Of a stretch of DNA of 64,000 bases, positions 38,057-50,176 are shown one piece after another (position 1 is the stretch's first letter; every line of letters starts with the position of its first letter). Under the pieces are notes generated by a model. It saw only the letters and a program-made list of their open reading frames with translations. It was not told where the DNA came from and searched no databases. The DNA comes from Mobula hypostoma. Lineage: Eukaryota. The position numbers were made by a program, and so were the translations under genes. The stretch is from the NCBI RefSeq assembly GCF_963921235.1, contig NC_086097.1, forward strand, positions 224,938,001-225,002,000, in the 5' to 3' direction.

Positions 38057-40260
38057 ACTTCCCAAATGTTTTGCTGTCACCAGTTGTCTGCCACCCTCTC
38101 AGCCAGTGTCTTCCAAACTTCAATGTCCCTCCAGTTAGGAAAAAAAAATCTTATTTAAATCCCTTGCCCATAAAACCCCTCTGGTCAGAGATTACTGCTT
38201 AGTGGAAATTAGTTAATCCTTCCTTATTGAATAGTAGAAATATAAGTCAGCCTGTTCTCTCACTGATCTAGAAAACAATCCTTTATGCATTCCCTGAATT
38301 TATCCTCCACTGTTCATTTGTTTTGCTTACTCAGTATGTAGATTAAAGTTCCCCATCATTATTGCAACACCTTATACTTCCACGTCCCCTAAACTCCAAT
38401 TAATGTTTTCTAACCCTTGCTGGTTTTTGTTCCGCTCCACTCAACTGGCATCTATATGATTTTCAGAGCTCAGGTTCTACCTCACCACTGTCTTTAATGC
38501 ACTCTTCAATACTCTATCAATTGTAAAAGTTATCTTGGAATACTCCCAACCTTAGTCTCATTGCTACCATGTCCATGAAGAGAGTTTTATATTATTACTA
38601 ATTAATTCACCTTCATTGTTGCAAATGCTTTGTGCATTTAGATAGCTTTTCATCCTGACTTTCAACTATTTTTCCCTCCTCTGCCTCTAACGTCAGCTAT
38701 ACTATTATCTTTTCTTTGCACTGAGTCTTCCTGCCAGACATAGATTTTCTGTGTAAAATAAAAATAGAAAATACTTGAAACATTGAGTGGGTCAGTCAGA
38801 ATCTTTGGAAAGAGAAACAGAATGAATATTTAGGCCAAGAATACATCATTAAGGTGCGTCATTACCTATTCTGCTATATTACACTATTAAGTCTCAGAGT
38901 CATAGAAAAGTACAGCACAGAAACAGGCCCTTCAGTTCATCTAGTCCATGCCGAAACCATTTAAGCTGCTTGCTCCCATCGACCTACACTGGGACCATAG
39001 CCCTCCATACCCCCCCACCCCCATCCATGTACCTATCCAAATTTCTTTTAAACTTTGAAATCAAGCTTACATGCACCACTTGCGCTGGTATCTCCTTCCA
39101 TTCTCTCAAGGTACTCTAGGTGAAGAAATTTCTCCTCACTTTCCCTTAAACTTTCACCTTTCACACTTCACCCTATGACCTCTAGTTGTAGTCCCTCCCA
39201 GCCTCATTGGTTAGGACTATTGATGTGCCCTTTCTTTCTAAATCCTCTGTCACCAGAATTCTTCCTCTTCACTATTTGGTTTAAAACCACTTTTCACAGC
39301 CTTAGTTATTTGATTCATTGAGGCATGGGCCCCAGCCAAATTCAGGGCTTGTCCCCAAAAGAACTATCCCTATTTTCACGGAATCAGTAGTAATGCTTCA
39401 TGAATTAAAACTCAAACTTATCTCTAAGCATGCATTCATTCTCTGATTTCATTTACCCTCTGCCAATTTGCATGTCTCCCTCAGTGAATCTACTTTTTAA
39501 CTTGGATCTTTAGTGCTCACATTTGTTCAGCAGAATCTCCATTTTAATCCTGTCAATGTTGCTGGTTCCCCCATGGATCATGATACTTGGATCTTTCTGC
39601 TGCAATCCAGATTCTTTCCAATAGGAGATTCTCTTTAACGCTGGCACAAAGCAGGCAGTACCACCTTTAAAACTTCCACACAGCTGGAAAATGAAGTACT
39701 AAACCCCTGCTACCACTAAATTCCTTTTAGCTCTCCCAGTTTGAATGGCAGTGTGTTTAATTGCTCATTGTACATACGGTCTGTGTTCTCATCCACACTA
39801 GCTGGAAGAACTTCATATTTGTTGGACAATGCCAGGCTGCTGTTTCTGTCATGCCACTGTCTGAATCCCCACACTTTCCTTATCATCATGTTTTCCTCCT
39901 GTTCATTTTGACTAACCAATTCTGCAGTACTTAGTCTAAGGGCTTGACTGTCTTCTTGAATGAAGAATCTTAAGTTCCAGCTCGTTGAGTTCTTCAGACT
40001 GCACTGTTACTGCAGGTGTGATTACTATGGATTCCGTCAACTTCAGACACCGCAGTAACAACACGTTGTCTGCCTGCCAGACCCAAATTAAAATATTTAA
40101 GTTAATCGATCTGTTAAATGTTGGCATTGTTATCCTTACCTCTCTGAAGTCCCTCACCCACCAAAGTCAACCAGTATGGTTTCCCAAATGTTACTATTCT
40201 GTGTTGTCTGACTTAAGTAATTCGTTCTAGGTGATTACCCACACTTGTTTACCACTTTGC
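38057..40260 (-). mobile_element. Very old CR1 remnants including the ORF1 region, with a younger CR1 tail at ~38895-39210
   Basis: LALSNKYEVL (CR1 ORF1-like) near 39810-39840; CR1 tail CATAGAAAAGTACAGCACAGAAACAGGCCC at ~38900. Confidence 0.55.
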
Positions 40261-40404
40261 ATTATTGCAGTTTAAAACTGCAGGTTAGGGGAATTTTTTT
40301 AGATTATGAGAACACTCAGCCCTCACTTATTGTCATTTAGAAATGCATGCATGCATGCATTAAGAAATGATACAATGTTCCTCCAGAGTGATATCATAGA
40401 AAAA

Positions 40405-42900
40405 GTGTTATGATAATTGTGGGGGATTTTAACATGCGAGTAGATTGGAAAAATCAGGTCGGCACTGGATCTCAAGAGAGAGAATTTGTAGAATGTCTGC
40501 GAGATGGCGTTTTAGAACAGCTTGTTGTTGAGCCCACTAGGGGATCGGCTGTACTGGATTGGGTATTGTGTAATGAACCGGAGGTGATTGGAGAGATTGA
40601 GGTGAAGGAACCCTTAGGAGGCAGTGATCATAACATGATTGAGTTCACTGTGAAATTAGAAAAAGAGAAGCCGAAATCTGATGTGTCGGTGTTTCAGTGG
40701 AGTAAAGGAAACTACAGTGGCATAAGAGAGGAACTGGCCAAAGTTGACTGGAAAGAGACACTGGCGGGAAAGACAGCAGAGCAGCAGTGGCTGGAGTTTA
40801 TGCGAGAAATGAGGAATGTGCAAGACAGGTATATTCCAAAAAAGAAGAAATTTTCGAGTGGAAAAAGGATGCAACCGTGGTTGACAAGAGAAGTCAAAGC
40901 CAAAGTTAAAGCTAAGGAGAGGGCATACAAGGAAGCAAAAATTAGTGGGAAGTTAGAGGATTGGGAAGTCTTTAAAACCTTACAAAAGGAAACCAAGAAG
41001 GTCATTAAGAGAGAAAAGATTAACTATGAAAGGAAACTAGCAAATAATATCAAAGAGGATACTAAAAGCTTTTTCAAGTATATAAAGAGTAAAAGACAGG
41101 TGAGAGTAGATATAGGACTGATAGAAAATGATACTGGAGAAATTGAAATGAGAGATGAGGAGATGGCAGAGGAACTGAACAAGTATTTTGCATCAGTCTT
41201 CACTGAGGAAGACAGGATACCGGACACTCAAGGGTGGCAGGGAAGAGAAGTGTGCGCAGTCACAATTACGACAGAGAAAGTACTCAGGAAGCTGAATAGG
41301 CTAAAGGTCGATAAATCTCCTGGACCAGATGGAAAGCACCCTCGTGTTCTGAAGGAAGTAGCTGTGGAGATTGCGGAGGCATTAGCGATCATCTTTCAAA
41401 AGTCGATAGATTCTGGCATGGTTCCGGAGGACTGGAAGATTGCAAATGTCACTCCGCTATTTAAGAAGGGGGCAAGGAAGCAAAAAGGAAATTATAAACC
41501 TGTTAGCTTGACGTTGGTGGTTGGGAAGTTGTTGGAGTCGATTGTCAAGGATGAGGTTACAGAGTACCTGGAGGCATATGACAAGATAGGCAGAACTCAG
41601 CATGGATTCCTTAAAGGAAAATCCTGCCTGACAAACCTATTACAATTTTTTGAGGAAATTACCAGTAAGCTAGACAAGGGAGATGCAGTGGATGTTTTAT
41701 ATTTGGATTTTCAGAAGGCCTTTGACAAGGTGCCACACATGAGGCTGCTTAACAAGATAAGAGCCCATGGAATTACAGGAAAGTTACATACGTGGATAGA
41801 GCGTTGGCTGATTGGTAGGAAACAGAGAGTGGGAATAAAGGGATCTTATTCTGGTTGGCTGCTGGTTACCAGTGGTGTTCCACAGGGATCAGTGTTGGGG
41901 CCGCTTCTTTTTACATTGTACATCAACGATTTGGATTATGGAATAGAGGGCTTTGTGGCTAAGTTTGCTGACGATACGAAGATAGGTGGAGGGGCCGGTA
42001 GTGCTGAGGAAACGGAGAGTCTGCAGAGAGACTTGGATAGATTGGAAGAATGGGCGGAGAAGTGGCAAATGAAGTACAATGTTGGAAAGTGTATGGTTAT
42101 GCACTTTGACAGAAAAAATAAACGGGCAGACTATTATTTAAATGGGGAAAGAATTCAAAGTTCTGAGATGCAACGGGACTTGGGAGTCCTCGTACAGGAT
42201 TCCCTTAAAGTTAACCTCCAGGTTGAGTCGGTAGTGAAGAAGGCGAATGCAATGTTGGCATTCATTTCTAGAGGAATAGAGTATAGGAGCAGGGATGTGA
42301 TGTTGAGGCTCTATAAGGCACTGGTGAGACCTCCCTTGGAGTACTGTGGGCAGTTTTGGTCTCCTTATTTAAGAAAGGATGTGCTGACGTTGGAGAGGGT
42401 ACAGAGAAGATTCACTAGAATGATTCCGGGAATGAGAGGGTTAACGTATGAGGAACGTTTGTCCACTCTTGGACTGTATTCCTTGGAGTTTAGAAGAATG
42501 AGGGGAGACCTCATAGAAACATTTCGAATGTTAAAAGGCATGGACAGAGTGGATGTGGCAAAGTTGTTTCCCATGATGGGGGAGTCTAGTACGAGAGGAC
42601 ATGACTTCAGGATTGAAGGGCGCCCTTTCAGAACGGAAATGTGAAAACATTTTTTTAGTCAGAGGGTGGTGAATCTATGGAATTTGTTGCCACGGGCAGC
42701 AGTGGAGGCCAAGTCATTGGGTGTCTTTAAGGCAGAGATTGGTAGATATCTGAGTAGCCAGGGCATCAAAGGTTATGGTGAGAAGGCGGGGCAGTGGGAC
42801 TAAATAGGATAAAATGGATCAGCTCATGATAAAATGGCGGAGCAGACTCGATGGGCCGAATGGCCTACTTCTGCTCCTTTGTCTTATGGTCTTATGGTCT
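40405..42900 (+). mobile_element. Young 5'-truncated CR1 LINE (2.5 kb)
   Basis: Long ORF2, 3' UTR and (TTATGGTC)n tail; flanked by AAAAA on both sides. Confidence 0.97.
40410..42644 (+). CDS. CR1 ORF2 (partial AP endonuclease plus reverse transcriptase), 744 aa; TE-encoded, truncated at both ends
   Basis: VGDFN, LDWVL, SDHN, KSPGPDG, YLDFQKAFDKVPH, GVPQGSVLGP, FADDTK; ends at a TGA where the sibling copy at ~61892 has CGA. Confidence 0.95.
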   Translation: MIIVGDFNMRVDWKNQVGTGSQEREFVECLRDGVLEQLVVEPTRGSAVLDWVLCNEPEVIGEIEVKEPLGGSDHNMIEFTVKLEKEKPKSDVSVFQWSKGNYSGIREELAKVDWKETLAGKTAEQQWLEFMREMRNVQDRYIPKKKKFSSGKRMQPWLTREVKAKVKAKERAYKEAKISGKLEDWEVFKTLQKETKKVIKREKINYERKLANNIKEDTKSFFKYIKSKRQVRVDIGLIENDTGEIEMRDEEMAEELNKYFASVFTEEDRIPDTQGWQGREVCAVTITTEKVLRKLNRLKVDKSPGPDGKHPRVLKEVAVEIAEALAIIFQKSIDSGMVPEDWKIANVTPLFKKGARKQKGNYKPVSLTLVVGKLLESIVKDEVTEYLEAYDKIGRTQHGFLKGKSCLTNLLQFFEEITSKLDKGDAVDVLYLDFQKAFDKVPHMRLLNKIRAHGITGKLHTWIERWLIGRKQRVGIKGSYSGWLLVTSGVPQGSVLGPLLFTLYINDLDYGIEGFVAKFADDTKIGGGAGSAEETESLQRDLDRLEEWAEKWQMKYNVGKCMVMHFDRKNKRADYYLNGERIQSSEMQRDLGVLVQDSLKVNLQVESVVKKANAMLAFISRGIEYRSRDVMLRLYKALVRPPLEYCGQFWSPYLRKDVLTLERVQRRFTRMIPGMRGLTYEERLSTLGLYSLEFRRMRGDLIETFRMLKGMDRVDVAKLFPMMGESSTRGHDFRIEGRPFRTEM

Positions 42901-43256
42901 AAAAACAGGACAAACCAAAGACTAACACTGATAGAACCACATAATTATAACATATAGTTACAGCAGTGGAAAGCAATACCATAATTTGATGAAGAGCAGA
43001 CCATGGGCACAGTAAAAAAAAGTCTCAAAGTCCCGATCGACTCCCGAGTCCCTGATAACAGGCGGCAAAAGGGAGAAACTCCCTGCTATAAACCTCCAGG
43101 CACCGACAACTGCCGATGCATTGGAAGCACCCAACAACAGCCGACACTGAATCCGTCCATCCGAAAACTTTGAGCCTCAAACCAGCCCCTCCGATACAGA
43201 CTCCTGAGCACCTTCGACCTCGCCCCGGCCGCCAAAACAAGCTAAGCCGAGGATTC

Positions 43257-43683
43257 AATAGACAATAGGTGCAGGAGTAGGCTATTCGGCCCTTCAAGCC
43301 AGCACCGCCATTCACTGTGATCATGGCTGATCATCCACTATCAGTATCCAGTTCCTACCTTATCCCCATAACCTTTGATTCCACTATCTTTAAGAGCTCT
43401 ATCCATTTCTTTTTTGAAAGCATCCTGAGACTTGACCTCCACAGCCTTCTGGGGCAGAGCATTCCATATATCCACCACTCTCTGGGTGAAAAAGTTTTTC
43501 CTCAACTCCGTTCTAAATGGCCTACCCCTTATTCTTAAACTGTGGCCTCTGGTTCTGGACTCACCCATCAGTGGGAACATGCTTCCTGCCTGCAGCGTGT
43601 CCAATCCCTTAATAATCTTATATGTTTCAATAAGATCCCCTCTCAGCCTTTATATGTTTCAATAAGATCCCCTCTCAGCCTTC
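43257..43683 (-). mobile_element. CR1 3' fragment with a 32-bp tandem duplication at its truncation point
   Basis: SRTRGHSLRIRGRPFRTELRKNFFTQRVV; 43619-43650 equals 43651-43682. Confidence 0.92.
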
Positions 43684-43950
43684 GGGGCCTTCTCCTCCAG
43701 AGATTCCAGACCACACAGTAGCAGCGGCAGCGAAGCGGGCATTTAGAAATTTTTCCGGATGTTCCTCTGTACTCTCACATCTGGCTCCATCAAATCAGAA
43801 TTGTGCATGGTACCCTACTTGACAGATTACAGATATCATTCACCGGAGTGGCTGTGCGCACTGTGTCGCACCACCATCTTCTCCTCCTCCATTTTAACTG
43901 TTAGACTAGTTTTAATTAATCAATTTTAAATCAAAACAAGTAACCCTGTT

Positions 43951-44375
43951 TGTCACAACCACGGATTTGGCAGTGCAGTAGATACGGCAATTGCGTTTGT
44001 GAATTTGCACGTCAGCTAATTATTATTTAATTGAGATAGTATTTAACTCCACACTTGGTGTCGTAGTGCTTGTCCAGACTTGGACAGAGCACAGCAATGC
44101 TTCGCTGCCTGTTTGCTTTCGGCTCTCCCTGAGAAATTGGACTGTCGAGTCAACTGACTCTGAAGACTAGCGGTATTCATTTAATGTTTAGATGTTCTTT
44201 TCAGCCGCAGTGTAGGCTTTGTTTCCCCTTTGAGAGTTTTAGTTAATGGCCCTATTTGGCCTAGCATTTATTGTTTTATTTTCACTTTAACACTGTTCAC
44301 ATTAAAGTTTGTGAACCATTGACCTCCTTCAGTGTCTCTCACTCTGCACTTGGGCCATATTCAAACCTGGTAACC
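43951..44375 (+). mobile_element. Solo LTR of the first Gypsy family
   Basis: Colinear reverse complement of 1605-2030; TGTCAC start; flanks CTGTT/CTCTT (4/5 TSD); no internal sequence. Confidence 0.88.
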
Positions 44376-44975
44376 CTCTTACTCTCCAAAATCCGCTCTC
44401 TGAGGATGCTGTACTAAAGCCATGGTGATAAATACTGAGATCCTCCACCCAGGGTGTGTTCTATCCCATTGAGACTCACAGTGCTTGTTTCAACTGTTAT
44501 TTAACAAGAAAAAAATATTGTTTAATCAGCAGGGCTCTGGTAATATATTGTGATCAGTAAGCTAGGTCCCTGCCTATGTCTGTCCTAATGCCATGAATCA
44601 TCGTTCCAGAGACGGTGGACTCCAAAGGCCAATGGACTCCTATTTGAATACTGTGTGGTTCTTCTTTTTTACTTCTTAAGGCTATAAAACTAGATGGAAT
44701 ATCAGATAGGAATCTGATTCCAGATTCAGAATCCAGTTTATTATTGACATATGTTATGCAATTTGTTTTGCAGAAGTGGTACAGTGCAGTACACACAAAA
44801 TACTGCAGGTTACGCTAAGAAGTACTTCATTTTTATAAATAATGTGAAAAAGGAGCTAAATGTAGTGTACATGGACCATTCAGAAATCCGATGGTGGAAG
44901 GGAGGAAGTTGTTTCTAAAGTGTTGAGTGTACATCTTCAGGCTCCTGTATCTAGTCCCTGCTGCAAGTAATGAGA

Positions 44976-45378
44976 TGCAAACATGAGGAATACCTCCCCC
45001 TCGTACCCCATCCGTTATTTATATATGCACATTCTTTCTCTCACTCCCCTTTTTCTCCCTCTGTCCCTCTCACTATACCCCTTGCCCATCCTCTGGGTTT
45101 TCCCCCCTCTCCCTTTTCCTTCTCCCTGGGCCTCCTGTCCCATGATCCTCTCATATCCCCTTTGCCAATCAACTGTCCAGCTCTTGGCTCCATCCCTCCC
45201 TCTCCTGTCTTCTCCTATCATTTTGGATCTCCCCCTCCCCCTCCCACTTTCAAATCTCTTACTAGCTGTTCCTTCAGTTAGTCCTGACAAAGGGTCTCGG
45301 CCTGAAACGTCAACCGTACCTCTTCCTAGAGATGCTGCCTGGCCTGCTGCGTTCACCAGCAACTTTGATGTGTGTTGC
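44976..45378 (+). mobile_element. Penelope pLTR-only insertion, inside an old Rex1-like fragment (~44720-45430)
   Basis: Near-identical to 30870-31250; flanked by TGCAAGTAATGAGA (44962-44975, 45376-45389). Confidence 0.9.
45281..45316 (+). ncRNA. Degenerate minimal hammerhead ribozyme motif in the Penelope pLTR
   Basis: CTGACAA-AGGGTCTCGGCCT-GAAA-CGTC against the hammerhead core CUGANGA..GAAA..UH; one core mismatch. Confidence 0.55.
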
Positions 45379-46323
45379 AAGTAATGAGAAGAGGGCATGC
45401 CCTGATGGTGAGGATCCTTGATATTGGATGGAGCTTAATGATGTTTCTGACTTGGAAGTCAGAATGCTGCTGTAGATCCAAGTCTGGCTGTGAAAATATT
45501 ATTGGCAATTATTAAAAGCACAAAATTCATTTTATTGAGCCGAACATCATGAGTGCCGTTTACTTTTTCTGTAGTCAAAGGGCTGATTCTACAACCTAGG
45601 AAGATATGTCTTAAGCTTAAGATACAGTTAGTTTTAGTTCTTGCCAATTTCTAATAAAGCTCTCAAAATCAAAACCTGATCCAGAGTGTCCAGTGACTGG
45701 CAAACATAGACTATTTGTGGCTGTTGGATATTGAAATGCACCTTTAGTTGTTGCTCTGTAATCTGTTCATTGACCAGACCTTTGCAATGTAATGAGTTAA
45801 TGAATATTGTCATGATAACGTTTTTGATTGTCATGGGCTCTAGTTTTACTGTATCATCACATTGTTGTTGATAAGGAGGTAATTTTAGAACATAAACCAG
45901 TGTAGCACTGGATAAATCTACAATGTTGTGCTGGTCTTGAAGTAGATTTATACTTAATGTTCTCCTATTGTTTATCATCCATATCCTTCCATTCCCTTCA
46001 AATTCATGCGTCTATCTCAAAGACTCCACCAAGTTGCCTGCTTCCACTACTACTCCTAGTAGCCTATTCCAGGCATCTTCCATACTCTGCATAAAAAATC
46101 TGCCCCTTTCATCACTTTTAAATATTCCCCCTCTAAACTTCAATGCATGTCCTCTTGCGTTTGACATTTTTTATGCTGGAGAGCACATTCTGACTGTCTA
46201 CCATTGATGCTTTTTATAATGTGAAAAACCTCTCCCTTCAGCCTTTCATCCTTTAAGGGGTATCAACCCAAGTTTAGACTATAAGTTTGTCCAACCTTTA
46301 CTTGTAGCTCATACTCTCTAACC

Positions 46324-47511
46324 CAGTGGTCCCCAACCACTGGGCCGCGGACCGGTACCGGGCCACAAAGCATGTGCTACCGGGATGCGAGGAAACGATA
46401 TGATTTTGCGATATGAGTCAGTTGCATCTTTCCTTATTCCCTGTCATGCACCATTGAGCTTGAACGCACGTGACCTCATTTCCCGTGCGTCATCCATGTC
46501 AGAGCAGGAAAGAGGTCAACTCCTGGAGCTTGCAAATGACAACGGGCTGAAAAGTATGTTTGACATAACATCTCTGCCGGCATTCTGGATGCAGGTCAAG
46601 GCTAAATATCCTGAGATAGCCACGAAAGCACTGAAAATGTTGCTTCCATTCCCAACATATCTCTGCAATGAATGCAACGGAAACTAAATTGCGGAATAGA
46701 CTGGACATAAGGAACCCCCTTCGAGTATCACTGTCTCCCATCACCCCTCGATGGGACTGTGTTGTTGCAGGAAAACAAGCCCACGGCTCCCACTGATTCA
46801 GCGATATTGGTGTGTTGCAATGATTTTATATGTTCATACAGGGAAAATATGTGCTGTGTGTTTAATATCCAAATGTTACTTAAAATGTTATGATGCTATT
46901 GACTTATATAACCATATAACAATTACAGCGCGGAAACAGGCCATCTCTGCCCTTCTAGTCCGTGCCAAACGCTACTCTAACCTAGTCCCACCGATCTGCA
47001 TTCAGCCCATAACCCTCCATTCCTTTCCTGTCCATACACCTATCCAATTTTTCTTTAAATGATAATATCGAACCTGCCTCTACCACTTCTACTGGAAGTT
47101 TGTTCAATACTTACTTCAAGCTCCCCTGTCCTCCCCTGATAATTGACTTATCACTATATTCATCCGAGGAAAATATGCGCTGTGTGTTTAATATTAAATT
47201 TGTTAGATAAACCCTTTTCGAAATGAAATTGAGTGTATTAGCCACGTATCACCTATATTCCGGTTGAGATTAACCCCACCCCGAACAGAATCACCAAAAA
47301 TGATTTGTGGAAAAAATCGGCAGGTGCACGCATGCGCACTGGTGCCCACGCAAGGCTTCATGGTCATCTTAGTCTTTATTAGGTAAACCCAACGTATTTG
47401 ACTGCTACCTTTGTCTGTTGGCAACCCTACCCCACCCCCCGGTCGGCTGGTCCGCAAGAATATTGTCAATATTAAACCGGTCCGCAGTGCAAAAAAGGTT
47501 GGGGACCTCTG
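46324..47511 (+). mobile_element. Non-autonomous hAT (Charlie/Buster, ZBED5-like C-terminus), composite
   Basis: TIRs CAGTGGTCCCCAACC / CAGAGGTCCCCAACC; perfect TSD CTCTAACC (46316-46323, 47512-47519); SLPAFWMQVKAKYPEIATKALKMLLPFPTYLC. Inserted in an old CR1 (~45990-47600). Confidence 0.93.
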
Positions 47512-47704
47512 CTCTAACCCAGTCAGCAACACAGTAAGCCTCTTTTGCACATATTCCACAGTCTCCACATCCTTCTTCTAACAGGGTGACCAACACCAAC
47601 CCTGAGACATTAGTCACCTGCAACCATTCTAGGAAGCAAATTTGAAATATCACCCACTGCTTCCTCCTCTATTCTGGTTTATCTTGCATAGCCTGCTCAT
47701 AGAC

Positions 47705-48655
47705 TGCCAAGTTTCCATCAAACTCAATATATAAGTTTGCTGATGACACAACAATCGTAGGCCGCATCTCGGGTAATGATGAATTTGAGTACAGAGAGGA
47801 AATTAAGAACCTGGTGGCATGGTGCGAAGACAATAACCTATACCTCAACGTTAGCAAAATGAAGGAATTGGTTGTTGACTGCAGAAGGAGTTGCAGATTG
47901 CACGACCCAATTTACATCGGAGGTGCACAAGTGGAACAGGTCAAAAGCTATAAGTTCCTCGGGGTCAATATCACAAATGACCTGACTTGGTCCAACCAGC
48001 AGAGTTCCACTGCCAAGAAGGCCCACCAGCGTCTTTACTTCCTGAGAAAGCTAAAGAAATTTGGCCTGTCCCCTAAAACTTAACTAATTTTTATAGATGC
48101 ACCGTAGAAAGCATTCTTCTAGGGTGCATCACAACCTGGTATGGAAGTTGTCTTGTTCAAGACCGAAAGAAGCTGCAGAAGATCGTGAACACGGTGCAGC
48201 ACATCACACAAACCAATCTTCCGTCCGTGGACTCACTTTACACCACACGCTGTCGGAGCAGTGCTGCCAGGATAATCAAGGACACGACCCACCCAGCCAA
48301 CACACTTTTCGTCCCTCTTCTCTCCAGGAGAAGGCTCAGGAGCTTGAAGACTCGTATGGCCAGATTTGGGAACAGCTTCTTTCCAACTGTGATAAGACCG
48401 CTGAACGGATCCTGACCTGGATCTGGGCCGTACCCTCCAAATATCCGGACCTGCCTCTGGGTTTTTTTGCACTTTCTTAGTTCCCATTTTTCTGTTTTCT
48501 ATTTATGATTTATAATTTAAATTTTTAATATTTACTAATTTTAACTATTTTTAATATTTAATATTTGTAATCCAGGAGTGGGAAGCGCAGAATCAAATAT
48601 TGCTGTGATGATTGTACGTTCTAGTACCAATTGTTTGGTGACAATAAAGTATAAA
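47705..48655 (+). mobile_element. Rex1/Babar-clade LINE 3' fragment
   Basis: IYKFADDTTIVG..WCEDNNLYLNVSKMKELVVD, KAHQRLYFLRKLKKF, RFGNSFFPTVIR; ends GACAATAAAGTATA. Confidence 0.9.
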
Positions 48656-49114
48656 TTATATATAGTGTATTTGTTATTTTCCCTCTTCACTGTCTCCATT
48701 CCTTAGGTTATTTTCCTGGGTGCCTTTCCTTTGACCCATAGTTCAGTATCTCACATGGAACACATGCATGTCTCACAAATAAATAAAAGTTCTTGTCTCT
48801 CTCCATCTGCTTGTCACTGATTATTTGTAACATTGTGATCAAATGGTATCTGTCACTTGTGAGTCTAGGCTGTAGGCCTCATGGAGTTATTCACAGAAGG
48901 GGAAATGGATGGCATTGTTTCTAAAATGTTCTATGTCCAAACATTCAAGCATGCATATTTTCAATTGGGTAGTGATCAAGATTAGCCAATTATTCCTCCT
49001 TGAACTTAGTTGAGTAGTTACCAACTCTATATGCTCTATATGGGAGTTGTCAGTAGAGTTTAGAACATAGAGCATTTGCACATTTTGTGCTGTCTATTTA
49101 AGCTACTCTGAGAT

Positions 49115-49550
49115 CAATCGAACACTTCCCTCCTACATTGCCCTCCAATTTCTATCATCAATCGGCCTAGCTAAGAATCTGTTAAATGTCCCTAAAGTAT
49201 CTGCCTCTACCACCATCCCTGTCAGTGCACTCCATGCACCTATCATTCGTTGTGTACAAAAACGCCTACTTCTGACATCCTCCCCATACTTTCCTCCTGT
49301 CATCTCAACATTTTGCCCCCTCATGTTATCCATTTCCACCCTTGGAAAAAGGTATTCGCTGTCCACTCGATCTACGCCTCTTACCATCTTACACACTTCT
49401 GCCAAATCACCATTCATCATCCTTTGCTCCAAAGAGAAAAGCCCTAGTTCACTTTACCCTTTCTCATAAAGCATGTTCTCTAATCCAAACAAAATTCTGG
49501 CAGGTCTCCTCTGCGCCCTCTCTGAAGCTTCCACATCCTTCCTATAATGT
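49115..49550 (-). mobile_element. Old CR1 3' fragment
   Basis: ORF 49133-49432: GDLAEVCKMVRGVDRVDSEYLFPR. Confidence 0.8.
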
Positions 49551-50176
49551 ATATGTGATGTCCCACAGAATGTTACAGCTTACTAGTCCTGCGTTCCACA
49601 AACTTTCTTTGTGCTGTTTTCAATTTTGGGACTATGCATGATACCAATTTTCAGACTGTATATTTTTAAAAATATTTTAATGGTAGCAGGCACTTCTCTG
49701 TGTGATTTAAATGATTATGTTGCTGAGAATCAATTCACAGGGGTGGTTATCTCCCTTCTTGATAGTAACATCTGGGGTGTAAAATTGAAATGACTGTGAT
49801 CAACCATGCACTTTGTCTTCAAATTGGGAAGCAGAGATCTCTAGGCAGGAGATTATGGTGTCCAAAGGATTGGAAATTAAGTTTTAAAACATTGGGATGG
49901 ACTGTTGGCAGGTATTACTAGCAGTTCTAATTGTGACTGATGATTGGAATGCAGGATGCAATATGCTTCCTACGCAAGATGAGCCCAGCTGAATGACACC
50001 ATTGAAACCATTTTCTCCAACTACATTTCTGTCAGTAAGTCTCCTTTTTGACCTACCCATTGCTCTCATGCTGAGATTTTATGATCTTGTTTTGTTTTCC
50101 AAGTGACTTATCTAAAAACATTTTGAGTGACAAAATCATTGGTGTTGGACGCTTGGCATTATTTCCAATTGAGAGG

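Larger units (their letters stand above)
40294..43890 (-). mobile_element. Non-coding retroelement family A, copy 3 (split by two CR1 insertions)
   Basis: Segments 40294-40404, 42901-43256 and 43684-43890 are colinear with 25896-26566; head GGAGGAGAAGATGGTGG. Confidence 0.85.
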
